A DNA stretch of 63,793 bases, filler included, from Chiloscyllium plagiosum (taxonomy: Eukaryota), in assembly GCF_004010195.1 (NCBI RefSeq). It is 4 parts of one record of this genome, joined end to end, with 100 filler letters (N's around TTAATTAATTAA, not from the genome) between each part and the next. Parts side by side here need not be neighbours in the genome. Positions count along the whole stretch, not along the records: positions 60,363 to 63,793 come from NC_057713.1; 3 more parts are not named here. One strand, written 5' to 3'. Within the stretch, counting starts at the first letter, position 1. Every line of letters begins with the position of its first letter. Below are positions 60,620-63,793 of the stretch, piece after piece. The position numbers and the translations under genes are program-made. The notes beneath the pieces were generated by a model. The model did not search any database and had not been told where the DNA came from. It was given only the letters and a program-made list of their open reading frames with translations.

Positions 60620-62200
60620 AAGAGCTAAACCGCACAGATGAGATGAGAGTGACTGCCCTTGACATCAAGTCAGCATTTGATGTGTGGCCAACAAAAATTG
60701 AGTCAATGGTATGCAGGGGGAAACTCTTCTATCATAGAGTCATAGAGATGTACAGCACTAAAACAGACTCTTCAGCTCACTCATATGTGCCGATCAGATA
60801 TCCTAAACTAATCTAGTCCCATTTGCCAGGCCCATATCCCTCCAAATCTTTCCTATTCATGTACCAATCCAGATGCCTTTTAAATGTTGCAATTGTACTA
60901 GACTCCACCACTTCCTCTGGCAGCTCATTCCATACACATACCATCCTCTGTGTGAAAAAGTTGCCCTTGTAAATTTTTCCCCTCTCACTCTAAACCTATG
61001 CCCTCTAGTTCTGGACTGCCCCACCCCAGGGAAAAGACCTTGTCTACTTATCCTATCCACGCCCCTCACAATTTTATAAACCTCTATAAGGTCACCTCTC
61101 AGCCTCCGACGCTCCAGAGAAAACAGCCCCAGCCTGTTCAGCCTCTCCCTATAGCTCAAACCCTCCAACCCTGGCAACATCTTTGTAAATCCCTATCAGT
61201 TGGTATCGTTCCTAGAATAAAGGAAGTTATTTGTGGTAGTTGGAGATTTTTCATCTCAGCTCCAGAATAACTCTGCAGGAATTGCTCAGGGTACTGCCCT
61301 AGTCCCAACCATCTTCAGCTGTTCGATCAAAGTGGGAATGTTCACTCATGATTGCGCAATGTTCAACCTTCCCAGATACTGATGTAGTTCAGGTCTAAAT
61401 TGAGCCAGACCTGAAGAATGTTCAGGTTTGGGCTGAAAGTGGCAAATAACAATTATGCCACGCAAACACAGACAATGAGCAATTCCTCAGAAGTGAATCT
61501 AACCATCACACTTGACCTTCACTGTTATTGCCATTGCTGCTGAACCCCCATCACCATTAACCTAGGGGACAATTAACCAGAAACTGAACTGCATTAGCCA
61601 TATAAATATTGTTGCTGCAAGAACAGGACAGAGGCTAGGAAATCTATGAAAAAAAATCTCACCTCACTTAAGCCTATCAACCATCGATAAGGCACAAGTC
61701 AGGAATGTGGAGGAATACTTTCCATTTGCCTGCATTAGTGCAACACCAGAAGGTTAACGCCATCTAGAACAAAGCAATCTGTTTGCTTGGTACCCATCTA
61801 ACAGCTTGAATAATCACACCCTCCACCACTGACGATCTGTCACATGACATGTGCCATCTACAAGATGCAGTGTAAAAACCCATCAAGTCTCCTTAGACAA
61901 CATCTTCCAAAAGAAATGCAGCCTATGACCTAGAAGGACAAGGGCAGTAGATGTATGGGAAGACCACCAACTGCAAGTTCCCCTCGAAACCACTCACCAT
62001 CCTGATGTGGAAATATATTGCCATTCATTTACAGTTGCTGGGTCAAAATCCTGAAACTCACTTCTGAAGAGCACTGTGAGTGTCTCCGCATCCAGAATAG
62101 ATGGCGGAAGTTCAAGAAGGCAGCTCATCTCCACCTTTGCAATTGCAATTAGTGTTGGGTTAATTAGCCGGTGATGCTCATATCACATTAATAAATAAAG
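60620..62200 (+). mobile_element. Old LINE (CR1/L2-group) RT-to-3' fragment split by an antisense CR1
   Basis: VTALDIKSAFD and AQGTALVPTIF RT remnants; 3' end near AATAAATAAAG. Confidence 0.7.
60733..61190 (-). mobile_element. CR1 3' fragment
   Basis: MLPGLEGLSYRERLNRLGLFSLERRRLRGDLIEVYK; CATAGAGT tail. Confidence 0.92.
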
Positions 62201-62519
62201 AAAAACAGGATGATTATCAACCAACCAATCCTTCTACACCATAACAATGGCAGGCAGCAAGAGCTGGTTAAGCATGTGATGGAAAGAAATTGAAGCCTCA
62301 ACTATTAATATCCACAACTCCAGATTAGAATATGCATTTAAAAAGTGTGATACCACAGCAACAGGGGCATCCTAAGGGACCTGTAATGCACCATTAAATA
62401 CATGACAAACATGCAAAAAAATCAGGCTTGCCCATTCTAGTATGTGAATTTTTAATGGCATGTTAATTACCAGCAAAAACAAACACTCTGGCAATGATCA
62501 TTTATTTTCAATTAAAAAC

Positions 62520-62650
62520 CAAAAGAATTATGGATGGTGTAATTCAGAGACAAAAATAGAAATTGCTGGAAAAGCTTAGCAGATGGTAGCATCTGTGTAG
62601 AGACGTCAGAATTAATGTTTCGGATCAAGTGATCCTCCCTCAGAACATTG
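62520..62650 (-). mobile_element. Short PLE-like terminus with degenerate hammerhead
   Basis: Minus GTT-CTGAGGG-A-GGATC-ACTT-GATCC-GAAAC-ATT-AAT then ...TTTTCCAGCA. Confidence 0.6.
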
Positions 62651-63649
62651 TCTGGTGTCTCATTTCTTCAGCATTTGAGTAATCTTGGAAATTTAAAAAT
62701 AAATTTAGATAAAAATTCTTCAACTTACATTGCTTTGTGGAACATATATTGGGTATCCCACTTATGCATGTTCCACGCTGTCTGCTGCTTCTCAAATTAG
62801 CACAACTGGTAGTGCAAAAGCTGATAGAAAGTCTGTCACAAATGTAAGTGCAATGGAAGGCTGGTGTTGTTCATTTGTCACTGATTATCTAGCCAATGTT
62901 TCTCAATAGTTTTGAAGAATAAAACACAAATTAAATGATTTGTTATAAAAAGGAAGTCACCGGGTCTAGATGTTCATGGGACAGAGAAAAGAAATCTGAT
63001 CATGGATGAATTCGACACCTTTTGTAGCTTTTGTTTATCTTTTATAAACCTCACGAAGTATGCTCAATAGTGGGGGAGAGGGAGGTAGATGGAGAGAAAT
63101 AGCATTTTAACATTAACAACAATTCAATGATCTAAAAGAACACAAGCTAATTTTTGAAGAAAATTAATTTTCCCATCCGTATCGTATTAACAGAAAATGG
63201 TGGCGTCAGTCATAGTTTGCACTTTGTGTGTTTGTGTGAGAGACAAAAAGAGAGAGAACACACAAAAAAAGAGACAGTGTTTGTTGAGAGGAAAACATAA
63301 GGAGAGAATAATACACAGAGAGAATGATACAAAATGTCAGGAAACAAAGTGAGGGAAAATAACCGAGAGACAATGTTTCAAACATAGGAAAAGGACGGTT
63401 CCATTTCTTATTCTAATTTGATTTTTAAAAAGAAATCAGTTGATCTATGAAAGCAAGCCAGTTTTATTAAGAAAAATAGGATGGAAGTGTGTGTGCTATT
63501 GATGGAACAGAAGGCATCTGGTTGAGTTCAAGATCACTGAGCTCTGTATCCCTGCCTTTGTATTTGAGACTGGAGTGGGAAGAGTAAAAAGAAGGTTTAA
63601 CGCTAAGACAAATAATTGTAGAGTGAAGGAGACCAATGTTTACTATTGA

Positions 63650-63793
63650 AAAATGTGGCACTGGAAAAACACAGCAGGACAGGCAGCAGCTGAGGAGCAG
63701 GGGAGTAAACGTTACGGCATAAGCACTTCATCAGGAATGTATTGGAATGTAGTAGGGGGGGGTGGAGGTGAGGAAGGGGGCTGAGAGATAAGT
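63650..63793 (-). mobile_element. Decayed PLE-like terminus
   Basis: Minus CATTCCTGATGAAGTGCTTATGCCGTAACGTT...GCTGTGTTTTTCCAG. Confidence 0.65.

Noticed and set aside
63230..63661. GA-rich tract and 64-aa minus ORF
   Set aside because: Low complexity; no convincing splice sites or homology

Overview
Eukaryotic, repeat-saturated DNA from a cartilaginous fish (shark-type repeats). No host protein-coding gene could be identified. Nearly all long ORFs are decayed CR1-clade LINE pieces, often nested in one another; one near-full-length copy at 44385-48390 (-) retains ORF1 zinc-finger/esterase and ORF2 EN/RT motifs. Also present: HE1-type tRNA-derived SINEs, the 5' end of an L1-clade LINE with a YY1 site, two LTR-like segments and several Penelope-like (PLE) termini. 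Highlights: (1) nine minimal type-I hammerhead ribozyme motifs (intact, degenerate or truncated) in PLE-like ends of at least three sequence types; (2) an ~18 kb strand-asymmetric GT/GAATG satellite (41630-59855) with higher-order duplications, whose + strand RNA would be rich in TDP-43-type UG/GAAUG sites; (3) a CpG-enriched unique patch at ~40 kb with outward-facing splice donors, possibly a bidirectional promoter; (4) a 109-bp CpG-rich tandem array carrying inverted splice-donor motifs. Three N-gaps contain an artificial TTAATTAATTAA linker, so contiguity across them is unproven. Family names come from motif recognition only; no database search was run.
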